Shown here: positions 25,442-38,388 of the stretch, in pieces | Numbering within the stretch: the stretch's first letter is position 1 | How the letters are laid out: each line of letters opens with the position of its first letter | Assembly: GCA_964106645.2 (NCBI GenBank) | Contig: OZ067042.1 | Length of the DNA stretch: 64,000 nucleotides | Source: Podarcis pityusensis | Taxonomy: Eukaryota | Strand: one strand, 5' to 3' | Program-made: the position numbers and the translations under genes | Notes under the pieces: generated by a model | The model's database searches: none | What the model saw: the letters and a program-made list of their open reading frames with translations, nothing else | Told to the model about the DNA's origin: nothing

Positions 25442-26479
25442 TACCAGATTCCCCATTTCCCTGCAGACATTTCCCCATTTCAGGCAATGAACAGACTGCC
25501 ATCACTGCTCTGGGAATCTGGCCGAAGGGAAGGCCAAATATCTCTGTAAGTGATAAAATAAATATTCTCTTCCCAAATTTGGTGCAAGTCCTCAACAGCT
25601 TCACAGGGGCAGGAGTTTAGGAAGAGACAGACACCCAACAACGAATAGTCTTTATAACAGCTATATATACAAGATCCTTAACATACTTAGACTGAATAGC
25701 CAACCTATAGACAATAGCATTTGCCCTCTCTGCATCAGCCACCACAATTCCATAAACATGAAGATTTGAAAGAGCTGTTTTGAATAATAATTAACTCAAC
25801 AGGTGTGGAAGGAGGTGGCAGCCCTGAGGACAGCAAGGGGCTGGGGGATGGCAGTTGGAGTGTTTGAGAACAGCAAAGCATCAATAAACATCCCTATCAA
25901 TCTTTTCCCTCCTGCCCCCAAAGTAGGTAGCCAGGTTCTGATTTATATATAACTTATATAATTCAGTGGCTAGGCTGCTGGTAGAGAAGATACATCATCC
26001 TAGAGAGTGAGCAGTATTATCTCTTGACAGCTACTGAATAAAACGATCAACCTTTCTGTCTTTGGAAAGTGCATGAAGAATTATTCACTCTCATTACTGA
26101 ACTCAGGAGCTGCACTACTGAAGCGGTTCATATGTTAATGGCAACCTGGGTGACATGGCCTTGTCCTCATTTTTTCCTCCTCCTTGTGCCCCACGTCAGT
26201 TAGTTACTTCCTCTTTAGGACAAATCACAGTTTGCCATCACATCTAATCTGGCAAACTGTGGTTCACACCTATCCTCCAAGCAGGAATACAAACAAGTTT
26301 TGGACCATAGTGTACAATCTTGGAGAGCAAGCACAGAAACTATAGTTTGTACTCTGATGAAATGGCATCTGAACAGAGGAGAGCTATGGACTATCGTGTG
26401 TGCTAAAGAGAAGGAAACTAACTGAACCTGAGTATGGGAGGGAATAGAGTTGTGTGTGAACACAAAGCTTGTTCAAATG

Positions 26480-26715
26480 CAGTCAAACCCCGTTTGTCGA
26501 ATGTAATCCGTTCCAGAAGCCCGTTTGGCTTCTGAAATATTCGACAACCAAGGCTTCCGATTGGTTGCAGGAGCTTCCTGCACTCAAGCGGAAGCCGCGC
26601 CAGATGTTTGGCTTCCGAAAAACGTTAAAAAACCAGAGCATTTACTTCTGGGTTTTCGGTGTTCAGGAGCCAAAACGTTCCAAAACGGAGGTGTTCAGGA
26701 TCCGAGGTTTGACTA
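26480..26715. mobile_element. Related Tc1/mariner MITE, inverted relative to 25191-25441
   Basis: TIRs cagtcaaaccccg / cgaggtttgacta followed by TA; shares the ggcttc-gattgg-tgcaggagcttcctgca core; acttctgggttt is the reverse complement of aaacccagaagt in the first copy. Confidence 0.75.
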
Positions 26716-26850
26716 TAGTACCAAACCATGTCTGAACGGAGCCGCTATTAGAAGCTGGCTACTGATTCCAAAGAAAAAGCATTCACATTAGTTTCTTAGC
26801 AGGATTGGTCAGGCCTATCTCTCACAAATGAGGGAATACTCCTGTTTCTC

Positions 26851-27050
26851 AGTGTACCATTGCAGATTTCTGTTAGGGGTTCAACAATATTGAATGCTCT
26901 TCCATTTAAAAAAATGTATAGAAAACTAGATGGCTAGGAGAAGGATGCTTGCCTTTCTCTCTAACATGTTAGTTTTCTATGTGCATTTCTTTTGAATGGA
27001 GGAGCATTCAATTACTTTAAATCTCTAACCATTTACTGAAGTGGTACAGT
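26851..27050. repeat. ~200-nt imperfect inverted repeat (probable old MITE)
   Basis: Arms attgaatgctcttccatttaaaaaaatgtatagaaaacta (26889-26928) and tagttttctatgtgcatttcttttgaatggaggagcattcaat (26970-27012), with further partial outer and inner pairing. Confidence 0.75.
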
Positions 27051-28132
27051 ACAAACACAGGTTTGCCACATGAGACAACTAGAGCTCAGATTGCCTGAAG
27101 TAGAACCTTATACTCTTATTTTGTAGCTTCTCTTTACCTGAGCTCTAATTGTTGGGTACATAAACCTCATATCTGAATATTTTGCAAGCCCACATAATCC
27201 ATGGAAACTTACTCTCCAGCTCATTCATAAATAGTGTTTGCCAATCTCTGAATCAGAATGGTATGAAGTATCTTAAGTAAATATATAACTGTTCAGTCCA
27301 GTACATATACAAATGCATGCATAGGACATCATCTTAGAAAACAGTTTTTTTTCAATCTAGTTTACTAATTATACTGAGATGTCAAATCAACATTCAATTA
27401 CAATGTCAATCAAGCAGTTCCACAGAAACTGAAGAAAGAATCAACGGAAAAAGTGACCGAACTAATGATGTAAACCAAGCTTTCTATTCAGTTATCTGAA
27501 CGATCCTTGAGAAAGTCAGGCAAACTTAACAACTATCATCAGTAAGCTAAAATGATAGAACCTCGGCCTAACTGAAACCCTGTCACAGTCCAAAGCAAGG
27601 GTAACCAATGTGGTACCTGTTGTTGAACTATAACTCCCATCAACTTCAGCCAGCATGAGCAGTTGTCAGGACAGCAGCCATATTTAAGTACTTAAACTGG
27701 GCTATAAAGATCCTGGATAGAGTATGGCTTCTCAACAGCATTCCCCTGGGTTCTGTTCAATCACTGTTGGGCTTTCTTTCATTTGTTAAATTAACTAGAA
27801 GAATACTGGAAACTTAAAGGACCAACACACCAGCATATTTAACTGAGAGTCACATTGATTTTAATGGAACTTGCTTCCAATTAAGTATGCTTAGGATTGC
27901 AGTCTCAAGAGGCCAAATAAAAGGTGAACTGTGCTTATTAAGGTCACTTCTTAGACCTGTTTATTGAACATTCATCCTATTTTTTGTTAGCAAAAAGCTT
28001 GCAAGGAGGTTAGACAACATCATTCTGATTTGTTTGAAGGGAGTTTACACAATATTACATCAAGCAATGGTTACCCCCCATTTTCACAGTACTTTCCTCA
28101 TCACAAAAGGTCTAGTTTTGTGGAAAACACAT

Positions 28133-28134
<2 letters not shown>

Positions 28135-28174
<40 letters not shown>

Positions 28175-28260
28175 TTTATTTATACCCTGCCCTCCCCAGC
28201 CAAGACCGGATTCAGGGCGGCTAAAACCAGGTAAAAACAATTGATTAAAATACAACTTAA
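28135..28260 (-). mobile_element. LINE (probably L2) 3' tail with an (AAT)12 microsatellite
   Basis: (AAT)12 at 28135-28170 adjoining ttttatttataccctgccc...tcagggcggct, a common squamate LINE terminus in antisense. Confidence 0.6.
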
Positions 28261-31200
28261 AAACAAGATTAAGTAATTTGATGTACAAGAGCATCAAATC
28301 AACCACATTTGTGTTCCTTGATTTGGCAGTATGTGACTGAACCCCACCTGAAAATAGCAACAGTCTAGCAGCACCTCAAGATCATTTAATAGTTTTTAAA
28401 ATGAACAAGGGATGTACTCATGACATTTCACTGAGTCTGGTCCAGACACTGCAGTCAAAAGGTTTCTTAGCAACAATTAGGATACAGGTAGGGTTCCCCA
28501 CTAGGTCACAACCTGCAGAACCTTCTCATCTCTTGGGTAGAGCCACAGCCATTAAACAGGATTCAGCTGTGGCTTTTCCTGTTTCTCCTCCTAGGCCTCT
28601 TACGCACCCTCCACCCCCAGCTGCTGTGTGTCAAAACAAGAGTTTCTCTGGCTGCAGCAGGTGGGGGAAGTGTGAGTGTGGAAACTGAAGCTGCATCCTC
28701 CTTCAGAGCCGCAGTAATATTAAAGCAACAAAAGGATTCTCATGGTTGTCGCCTGGCAAGCCTTGATGCATGTAGGGATGTCGAATCTGGATCTTGATCA
28801 GCTAGGCTCACACACTGCAGAAGAACTCCCATTTGTGTAAGAACAAAAGAACATCCAAAATGGTGGTTGTTGCATATGCTTGTTTGCAGATAAAGTAACT
28901 CTTTGCAGGATCCACTTTTCCAAAACTCTTGAGAGCCTCCAGCTTGCATAGATTTTCCTGCACATTTTAAAAAATACTAACTTTTAAAAATCCCAGTATA
29001 AACACATCTTTCATTGGAAATTGAGGGTGGTTTATTTCTGCTATCCTTTTTTATTACTTTACCTTGTTGATCTGACACATCTTAGCCCCTATAAAGCCCC
29101 CCCCCATTCATCAAGGAGCTCTGTTCCTCTTCTGTTGTGCACGTAATTTTAAGAGCCTAAAGGTCACCCGCAACAGATTTCACCTCTCTGCCTCCTGACT
29201 TTGGGGCTCTTATAGCACCTGCCACAGCTTTCCCCAGGGCAGCCATCATTGCTTCTTATTCCAGTTTGTCACTAAGTACGAGAGAGAGAAATCAAGGGGC
29301 AGTAGCTGTCATTTGTTCAAACACAACTGTTGCCATGCAACAGTCACAGTGCCACAATTAATGCTTTTCAGATTTTGCTCTGCAGTGCAGCTATTTGCAT
29401 AGCTGGATGCTGAAACATGTCTATTTGCACAGAGCTGTCACTGGCTGGTGTTCTGTTCTCAATTAGTATGTGTGCACAAATCCCTACATGCACATATACA
29501 GTCTGTTTGTTGTTGTTGTTGTTTTGTTTTCTTCTGAAGGATGCACACAGGCTGCTAAAGAACATTTTAAAATTTCTGAGCAATGCTGGTGATTTTTAGG
29601 GTGGAGGCAGAAGATTAGCTACAATAGCAAACAACAGTAATCTTCAGTTTGTAGGGATTTGGAGGGTTTACCTGAGAAATGTCGTTCTTGAAGTTCAGGC
29701 CATTCAGTTTGGCCCCTATTTGTATAACCACCAAAATCTTCTACTGAACACACAAAACACCCCCCTATTTCCCACTTCCTTAATATGACCAAAACGGATG
29801 CATCTTCCCCAGCTACAGAACAGACTGTTTGGAATCCATCTAACTGAGCTGCTGTATATCCAAATAAGAGGGGTGTGTGTGTCCCAATTAATCACCCACT
29901 GCCTCCCAAGTTTCCTTTCCATCTCCATTTAGCCCCCTGGTAAATCAGTTTGACAGAGTATAAGTTTACAGGTATGTTTTGTACCTCAGAGGCACAAGAA
30001 GAAGCAGCAGAACAAAAGTTCAAGGCTAAGTGTTTCTGTTCCTTTCAGATCACTCTAAGCACCACGATTATAGCTCTGTAAAAAAAACAAGACATAGCTA
30101 TAAACTTATAAAACCCAGCCCTGGTGTTGTTTTTTTTATACATCAAGAGGGAGACAGTTCTCTCCCTCTCCCTTATGCTTTTCAGCAGCCAACTCACAAA
30201 ACAGATTATCAGCAGCAGAAGTCCCAGCACCCAGCTGTAGCAGAACTTCCTCTCCCCTTCAGGCTGAGGGGCAACAGAAACCTCGGTCAGAACATGAAAC
30301 AGAGTTTGAATTTGTCACAAGATGGACATGGTTTTGAGCCTGGGCTGCAGAGGCTTTAGAAAGGTCAGTGAAGAAGTGACACATCGCCTCTGTGCAGAAA
30401 CACCCCTTATGAACAGTGGTCCAGACCTCCTCATAGCAACCCAAAAAACACAGGTGGTTAGTTTGAAAAACTGCAGTCCACACCTAGATGGGCTGAGGAA
30501 GAAGAAAAACACACTAGTTTCACCCTTAAATGCATTTTCAGAACACCAATAATGTCTTTTATTCCTGAATGAATCTCTTGCCGATGATTTTTTAAAAAGG
30601 GGGAGACCCACTTCAAACTGAATAAAATTTTCCATCAATGTGGTTTTTTTCATGCAGAAAATGCAACAAACAAAACAAACTAAGGCCAGTTTGTGTTGCC
30701 TGTGTTGTTTCAGGCTGGCTAGTTTATGAATCAGAACAACAAAAGCATTGGCCATAATATGGAACAAGTCTCGTGCTTCCCCCCATTTGTCACCCAAATG
30801 CAGGGTGGTTGGCAGAAATTAGTCTACTCTGAACACACAGGGAAATCTGAGCCAGAAAAAAATAGTTTATGAATCAAGGGGCCCGTAAAGAGGAGGGGTG
30901 GATTTTGTACACAATTATAAAAAAGCCAAATACATAGGCAATCCAACCTACAAGTCCCTTGATTTTCTTTGTTTTTGATGATGTCTTTTGGATTAATATA
31001 CTCTATATGGGAGAGCAAGGCAGAATTTTAGCCCTTCAGAGTATGGAATTTTGGAAGTACCTTACATTTTTTAAAAGCAACCTTCTTCACTATCTGAATC
31101 CAATCAAGTTAGGTAAGGAAGCCTCTGCAACCTATATCAAGGGTACCTGATCTGTGCATTTTATTTCTTTCCAGAGCGTTCTGCTCTCCTTCCCACCCAC

Positions 31201-31954
31201 TTTCCCCCATACAACATTTTAATCACCAGCTGTGACGCATCTAACAACCTTCTTGTGGCTAATTGAAAAACGTTATCATTCAGTCCATCCCTTTTAAACC
31301 AGGGGAGATTTATCATGCTGAAACATTAACCCACGTACTGCTTTCATTTCAAGGGCTTTTCACAATGGTCCTTGCTAATTTTTCTGATTATCAAGGACGT
31401 TGGGGAGCTTTTCTTCCTCTCCTCCCCCCCCCCCCCGGGTGAATGCATGGTGTTCCTGCCACTGATAGTACAAACACCACTCACTCACTTAACAGCTGGG
31501 CGTCGTGGCAGCCACCACGGCCACCTTTATAAAATAAAAACACAAATAAGAGATTGCAAACTTATGAATTGATGAAAGGCTTTAAACATGAAACTCAAAC
31601 CCAGAACAAAAATCTTCTAATCTAACAATTCCAGAGCTCTGAGAATGATCTCTGTAGCTAGGAATAGAAGCCCCAAGCTACAGAGGGCTACCTGACCCAA
31701 GGCCACTTCTACTACATTAAAAGGTTAGTACTGTGCAGGTTTATATAAGTCTCGATTTTACTACACTCTATGAACAAAAGATACCATTCATTCGCTTAGC
31801 ACAAGTTCATGCATCAAATCCACCGAGTTATCTTAAAAACTTCAGGTGAGGATGTCAACCAATCATTAGAAAATGGATGAGCATCTTTAAAACATCACAT
31901 GATGCCCGTATCCTGTGCAAATAGAAGTTTTTAAGAGAAGATAAATATATGGAT

Positions 31955-32319
31955 GGGACGCGGGTGGCGCTGTGGGTAAAACCTCAGCACCTAGGACTTG
32001 CCGATCTCATGGTTGGCGGTTCGAATCCCCGCGGCGGGGTGCGCTCCCGTTGCTCGGTCCCAGCGCCTGCCAACCTAGCAGTTCGAAAGCACCCCCGGGT
32101 GCAAGTAGATAAATAGGGACCGCTTTATAGCGGGAAGGTAAACGGCATTCCATGTGCTGCTCTGGTGCCGGTTCGCCGGAGCAGCTTCGTCACGCTGGCC
32201 ACGTGACCCGGAAGTGTCTGCGGACAGCGCTGGCTCCCGGCCTCTAGAGTGAGATGAGCGCACAACCCTAGAGTCTGTCAAGACTGGCCCGTACGGGCAG
32301 GGGTACCTTTACCTTTACC
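31955..32319 (+). mobile_element. Full-length Sauria SINE
   Basis: tRNA-derived head gggacgcgggtggcgctgtgg with B-box ggttcgaatcc, (acctt)n tail and a perfect 13-bp TSD taaatatatggat. Confidence 0.95.
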
Positions 32320-33094
32320 TAAATATATGGATAGCATAATGAATTGCTGTTATGTGAGTAAAGCATTTGTTATTTATATAGATTTATATGCTAGCCTCAT
32401 ATTACTTATTATAACCCAGCCTAGAACTATGGCAAACAAAGCGGATAAGAAATACAAATAAATAAAATCATACAGTAGCTAAAGGTATAACCTGGGGTTC
32501 TGAGTGCAAAACAATGGGCAAGACAGCACTCTCAGGCACCTGACTTGGTGCCCCCCAATCCTCCTGCCCTCTTAATTTTTTTTTAATTTAGTTTTTTAGC
32601 TTCTTAGAGAATGTTGACTGTGTTTTTTTCTGTGTTTTATTTGCTTGGGGTGTACAGTGTTATGTCTGTGTTTTTGGGAAGGGGGATTCACAGCATCTCC
32701 AGTTTTTTCTTGTGTGAAACTGGCACTTTATAGCGGCTACAACAGTTTATTCAATTTCCAAACGTGCCCCTTGACAAATAAAAGTTGAGGACTCCTACAA
32801 ATGCCTTGAGTTATCTCTCATGATTAAGGCTACCCACACTCGACAAAAGGCACCATCAGTGCAGTGGCATAGGAAGGGGGTGCAGTGGGTGTGGGCCGCC
32901 CTGAGTGTCATCACTGAGGGGGTGACAAAGTGGCAAAAATATGTGTTTCTGGGTCACTATTGGGTGTGCCGCAATGCTCAGTCGTGCACATATTGAACGT
33001 GTGTAAATGGGGGCTGCCTGTACTGTACACACACAGCCACAGCCCCCCCCCCAACACCAGTATCTACTTACTTCTGCATAGAATAGGATCTTAA

Positions 33095-33900
33095 GACCAC
33101 TGCCATGGTTGCCAGTTCATTTCTGGGCCTAATTCAATGTGTTCATGTTAGTGTTTAAAACTGTAAACAACACAGCCCCCAATTTTCTGAAAGACTGCCT
33201 CATTCCCTATAGACTATGGGTAGGCCAACTAAAGCCTGCGGGCCAGATCAGGCCCAACTGCCTTCTGGATCCGGCCCGCGAATGGTCTGGGAATCGCTGC
33301 GTGGATTGCCAGCACGTGCGTTCTTTCCCTCTCCCTCACACGGCGGCGCCGGCAGCGCCTCCTCCCTCTCTCCTCCTGGCTTCTCCCCACCCTGCCTAGA
33401 GGAGGAAGGGGGCTGGGCTTTGTTAGTGCCAGCAGCAGCAGCGCTTGAGCGGCCGCCATTTTAAGCAGCCCCTCTCCGGAGCCCTTTGGCGCGCTGCTCA
33501 TCGTCCCCCCCCCCCCGTTGCCGCCAGCCCCTGCCACTCACAAGACACAGTTAAGCAGCCACCGGGGCTCGTGGTGCTCTTGCATCATTCCCCTCTCTAA
33601 AAAAAAATATAGTCTGGCCCCCCACAAAGTCTGAGGGACAGTGGACTGGCCCCCTGCTGAAAAAGTTTGCTGACCCCTGCTATAAACCGTCTCAGGTGCA
33701 GCAACTTGTGGGCGGTGTAGCAGCCTCAGAGAGGACCTTCTCTGTGGTGGCCCCTAAGTACTTCTTCCTCAAAGAGGTGTGTCTGGCACCTCTTTACCCT
33801 GACTTTTGACACTTGAGGTATATATCTTAAGATGGACCTTATTTTGTCTTAAACCATCTTTAATATGTTTTAACCCACCCTGGGATCTTAGATGAAGTGC
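33095..33900 (+). mobile_element. Decayed L2 LINE 3' fragment interrupted by a hAT element
   Basis: Degenerate HWLPV..FKV....FK.....P..LKD.L.PY-type L2 ORF2 C-terminus on both sides of the insertion. Confidence 0.6.
33215..33679. mobile_element. Non-autonomous hAT (Charlie-like) DNA transposon
   Basis: Termini tatgggtaggccaa / tttgctgacccctg; ggccc subterminal repeats; 8-bp TSD ctatagac/ctataaac; GC-rich interior. Confidence 0.8.
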
Positions 33901-33904
33901 AAGA

Positions 33905-33944
33905 ATCCATCCATCCATCCATCCATCCATCCATCCATCCATCC
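33905..33944. repeat. (ATCC)10 microsatellite
   Basis: Direct reading. Confidence 0.95.
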
Positions 33945-34214
33945 ATGAGAGTACCAATAGACATGACTGCAGCAGAACCAAGCAGGACAGAGTTCTGCTT
34001 TCTTCCACAAATTGAAACCAGTGCCAATAGGGGCTAATGGAATCCTTATTACTGGGACTATGCTAGAGTTGACTGAATTCTCTCAGAGAAAAACGCACTA
34101 TTCAAATCTCATCCTGGAAATTAGCACCATTTTCAGTGTTGTGTTGCTGAGTAAATTTTATGTTAAAGTTTATTTACATGCCTGAAACCTCACAATGCTA
34201 TTTCAAAAGGATTT

Positions 34215-34236
34215 TGTGTGTGTGTGTGTGTGTGTG
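34215..34236. repeat. (TG)11 microsatellite
   Basis: Direct reading. Confidence 0.95.
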
Positions 34237-37200
34237 AGTAAAACTAAAGAATTAAAGACAAAGTTATAATAAAAAGGAAAAGTCACAGCAAGATGCCTTA
34301 GCCAAAGGTAACAGCATGGCATGAAAATCATGCAGAGCCCTCCCTCCTCAGTTGACAGGGCAGTGAGGAAGGAAAATCCAGCCTTGACTTACCACCTGTA
34401 TTATGTTATGTTGAAAGAAGTATATAGAGTTTCTCTACTGCTGTGCGATGAATTGAATGCAAATTATGCTCCTTGCAGCAGATGGAAGGGGGGGGGGGAG
34501 CATAGAAGTTGTTTTTTGCTACCTGAAATAATAGCCACCTGAATTTTCTACTGCCTGTATTGCTCTTCCCCCTCTTCTCACCCACAGCACAGGAAGCTTT
34601 GCTAGTGAAATGAGCTGTTGTTGGGTCTTAAAATATTTCCAATTAGTTGAATCAAATATCTGGAGTCTACAGGCAAACACAGAGCTTAGCAATACAGTGA
34701 ACAGAATGAAGTGCTGCCAGTTACTCTTGTTATGCAGAAATAAGTAGCTATAAGCATTTTTAACAAAATCACATTATTTGGGCTGGTATACAGGCATTTC
34801 AGGCATAGGTAGTACTAGGCCTGCTGTCAGGCTAGTTATTAATACTAACATCAAATCTTCAGCCTATGTGGCATATGAATCACAAAAGAAAATGGGTCCT
34901 CTGCTTGTTCTGCAGCCAGCAGCACCCACGCATGACTCACTAATAACAGCACACATATTGGGAAGTGAAATCCCACTAAACTCAGTCAGACTTCCTTCCC
35001 AGTAAAGGTGTTTAGATTCAGGCTGCTACCGTTAGCACCTCCAGCTAAACCTATCATGAGGGCTGCTACACTGAAAGGATTGGAAGGTTGTCATTCAAAC
35101 AGAAATCCACTGGGCAAAGATTATTTTTTTGCCAAAATCCCATTTGATTTGCAAATAATAATTTTAAAAAATCAATGAATTGTTTGGTGATCCAAGGACG
35201 CTGTAGGATGTTTGTGCAGGCAAACATGTTTCTTGCTTATTCTGACTAAAATAGAAAGGATGAATTGTACACCACATCTCTTGGTTCAGCCACTACCTAA
35301 CTGGGTTCAGTGCTGATTCGATAAGCTTGAAAGAAAACAGCCTAATTAACACACGGATGAATCCAGACTTCACTCCTGTTGACATGCACATCCTCTGAGC
35401 AGAGTCCCACATCAGAGAACACTTTCTCTAGCAGAGTAACTTCTGCAGATTCCCTCTCCCTCTGCAGCCCCCAGTGCCACTGCCTACACTCTGCCGGAGT
35501 ACTGGTGGGTACTCCAGAACAACATGGGAAGTGGTACTGGGAGCTCCAGGTGATGGAGAAATCCGCAAAGTTGGTTCATCCCATTCACCAGTAGAATCCC
35601 TCTGCTGCATCAAAACCCTTCCATGGATTGAGTCAGTCTCTCCGTCAACAGAAGTTAAAGACAAATTTGCCTATTCCTAGTATGGATTACTTAGCTAAAA
35701 TACACTGTATAGATAATTAATTGCACCTGGCCCACCAAGGCTTTAATTGTACTGTAGTAGCTTTTACCTATATGGATGCCCATATACATGGAAAGCCTGG
35801 CATTCCCCAGATGTGTATACAAAGGCACATACTGGCATATTTTTGCTTCCAAAATTCAGACTATTCCTGCAGTAAAGATGGGTAGAAGATCAGAATTTCA
35901 TCCAGCAATTGAGAGCACAGATTGTTAGCCAAAGTAGGTCAGTTTACTTGAACACTAATTGGTCAGAACTTCCCAGGAAACAAGTGCCCCCCATGTTATT
36001 TAGTTGAAAGGTAGAGCTGTTGGCAGTTCTTGTGCATTTGTTCTTGTGCATTTGGGAAACAACCTGCCCAGACAACCCTCCTGAAAAGAGTCTAAGGCTG
36101 TGGGAGAGGAATCAATAGGTTTCCAATCCCTCTCCTAAAACAAAGTTTGGGAAGGGAAGAAAAGAATACTATGCTTCCAGGTGTTAAGTGCAATGTTTAG
36201 GTAAAAGGAAGAATGTCCTTACTCCCCCCCCCAAAAAAAAAACCATGGGGTGCCACCATGTTTAGTTAGGGCAATAGGGCAGACTGCCCAATTTCAAAAG
36301 CAACTTACACCACCACATTAGATCTGTGACAGGCCGAAGGTTTGAGAGAGAGGTGAATTAGTAAAGGACTGTGTGTAGTAAATGCATATGGGGAATATAG
36401 CGGCGAAAGAACTCTACTCCAACTTGACAGATCTTTAACACCTATATATAAACCATAATTCCCAAGATTCTGTGGCATTCCAATGTCACATTGAGAACAA
36501 AACTCTGGATGGGGACAAGCAAAGGGAAGGAGGGGTAGCTTTAGTTCTCAAAAGACTTTCATTGAATTTATTGAGACAAACTAAATGGTCTACAGTCTGG
36601 AACACCATCAAGAATAGATAGGCAACAGCAGGCTTAGTTCTCATGCCACTATTGGGCCGCAAGTAGTTCCCTTTAATTCCTCCTATATAAGTAAATATTG
36701 GATGTTCATTGAGAAGGAGGGAAATAAAACATTAAGATTTCTAGCCAGCTTTGCAGTGCAGGCAAAACCTTTCACCTCTGGCAATAATAACCTAGTGTCT
36801 ACTGATACTGAATTGTGGTTGACACCGGGTTGCAATATACAGCTGCTGCCTACGTACAAGAGAACACACTATAACGATGAACATTCTGCAAGTAATTCAT
36901 AATTTGCAAAGTGTTTATTAGGGACAGACAGAAGGAATTGTTGAGAGTTGGGATAAGTAATATTATTATGCAGAAACATTATGCCGCTATGCAGCTACAC
37001 TATGGAAAATGTGATACCCAGCAGAGGCAAGTCTTTTTGACCCTATAACAGTGTACAACTGACCATGTCTAACCAGAAGTAGGTCCTATTGAATTCAACA
37101 GGGCTGACTCTCAGGGAGTAATCTTAGGACTTCAGCCTTAGGTTCTCAGAGGAAGGAATTCCCCTCCTCTCACAATGGACTAGTCAATTAAAAGTCCACT

Positions 37201-38382
37201 TATGATGGCCCATAGAATTTAAAGAGAGTTGTTGAAAATGAAGCCTCTTTCTGTCCACATAGCCTTGCCCTTGGTTGTGTTTGTTGCTGATGCAAAGTGT
37301 GTGACAAAGGAGGATCCCAGAAACATGCACATATATAATAACTTGAGAACTCAGCAAACTACACAGCTGAGGTAGTTAAGAGTGCATATTAATAGGAATA
37401 TGAGATTAGAAGGAAAGTGCTGTAAATGAATCATTCTGAGTGAAATATAGGGTGGTGGAAAGGTTGTTTATAAAAAGTACAGGCATCACTAATATGGCCT
37501 TCTATCCAGCAGCTGCCGAAAACCATAGATCTACTTCTTTGACTGACTGGGGGGAGACGAGACTATGTAGAAAGGCCCTATAACACTGATTTCAAATCAA
37601 TGCCTAGTGGCAGCATTATGCTACACGTAAGCCATATGCAAAAGGAATTAACTTTTTATCCAGATATGTACTGTGTTGCTCAAGACTTTTGTCTTGCCCA
37701 TATAAATTAAAGGCTGTTAGCAATTACAATTACAACATTTCACAGTGTCTGTGGTTAGATTCAGATATTCATTTTTGAAAGAATGTAGCAAACACAAGTT
37801 CACACATTATTTTCATATTTTCATAATTTCTTCTGAACTTGCTCCCATGTGGCAGGCCTGAGATTTATCATACCTCGGATACAATGAAAACATACTGTAT
37901 CTAGTAATAATACCTCACTACACTGAAAAGAGCATTCGGAAGAACCACAAGGAAGTGAAAGGTAAAAGACACCTTGTGGTGACATTTCCTCATTTGGTAC
38001 AATTTATTTTTAAATCTTGCATCCCAGTTCTATATAGGAGCTTCAAAAGAGCTAAGAATAAAAAATCTTTTTTTTATTAACAGGCCAATCAAATCAAATA
38101 ATATACCTACACATCAGCTAATCATTAAAAGGTGGCCGAAGGAGGGAACTGAAAATGTGGCTGAGAGGCAGTTACTGCATGACAAGAGTACATTTTTACA
38201 TTCATGAACATCGGCTCTGCTACTCAAATACAAAACACGGTTTTATTTGTATATATAAACATATATCGACCCACCCTGGTACTCCACTGAAAGAAAGCAT
38301 CATAAGGAAACAGAACCATAGATATTTTAAAAAGACACTTTAGAAACCAGCGCTTTGAACCATTCAAGTTTTCACAACAAAA

Positions 38383-38388
38383 TTTATT
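38383..38388 (-). terminator. Candidate polyadenylation signal of the LCOR HTH-isoform 3'UTR
   Basis: AATAAA on the minus strand followed by a U/GU-rich tract at the end of a long AU-rich block; alternatives at 38073 and 38003. Confidence 0.4.

Noticed and set aside
31955-32040. tRNA-like A/B boxes
   Set aside because: Head of a Sauria SINE, not a tRNA gene
35340-35680. Coding-looking patch on the minus strand (possible third LCOR terminal exon)
   Set aside because: No polypyrimidine tract before the nearby AGs, frames are short and discontinuous, and there is no recognisable similarity
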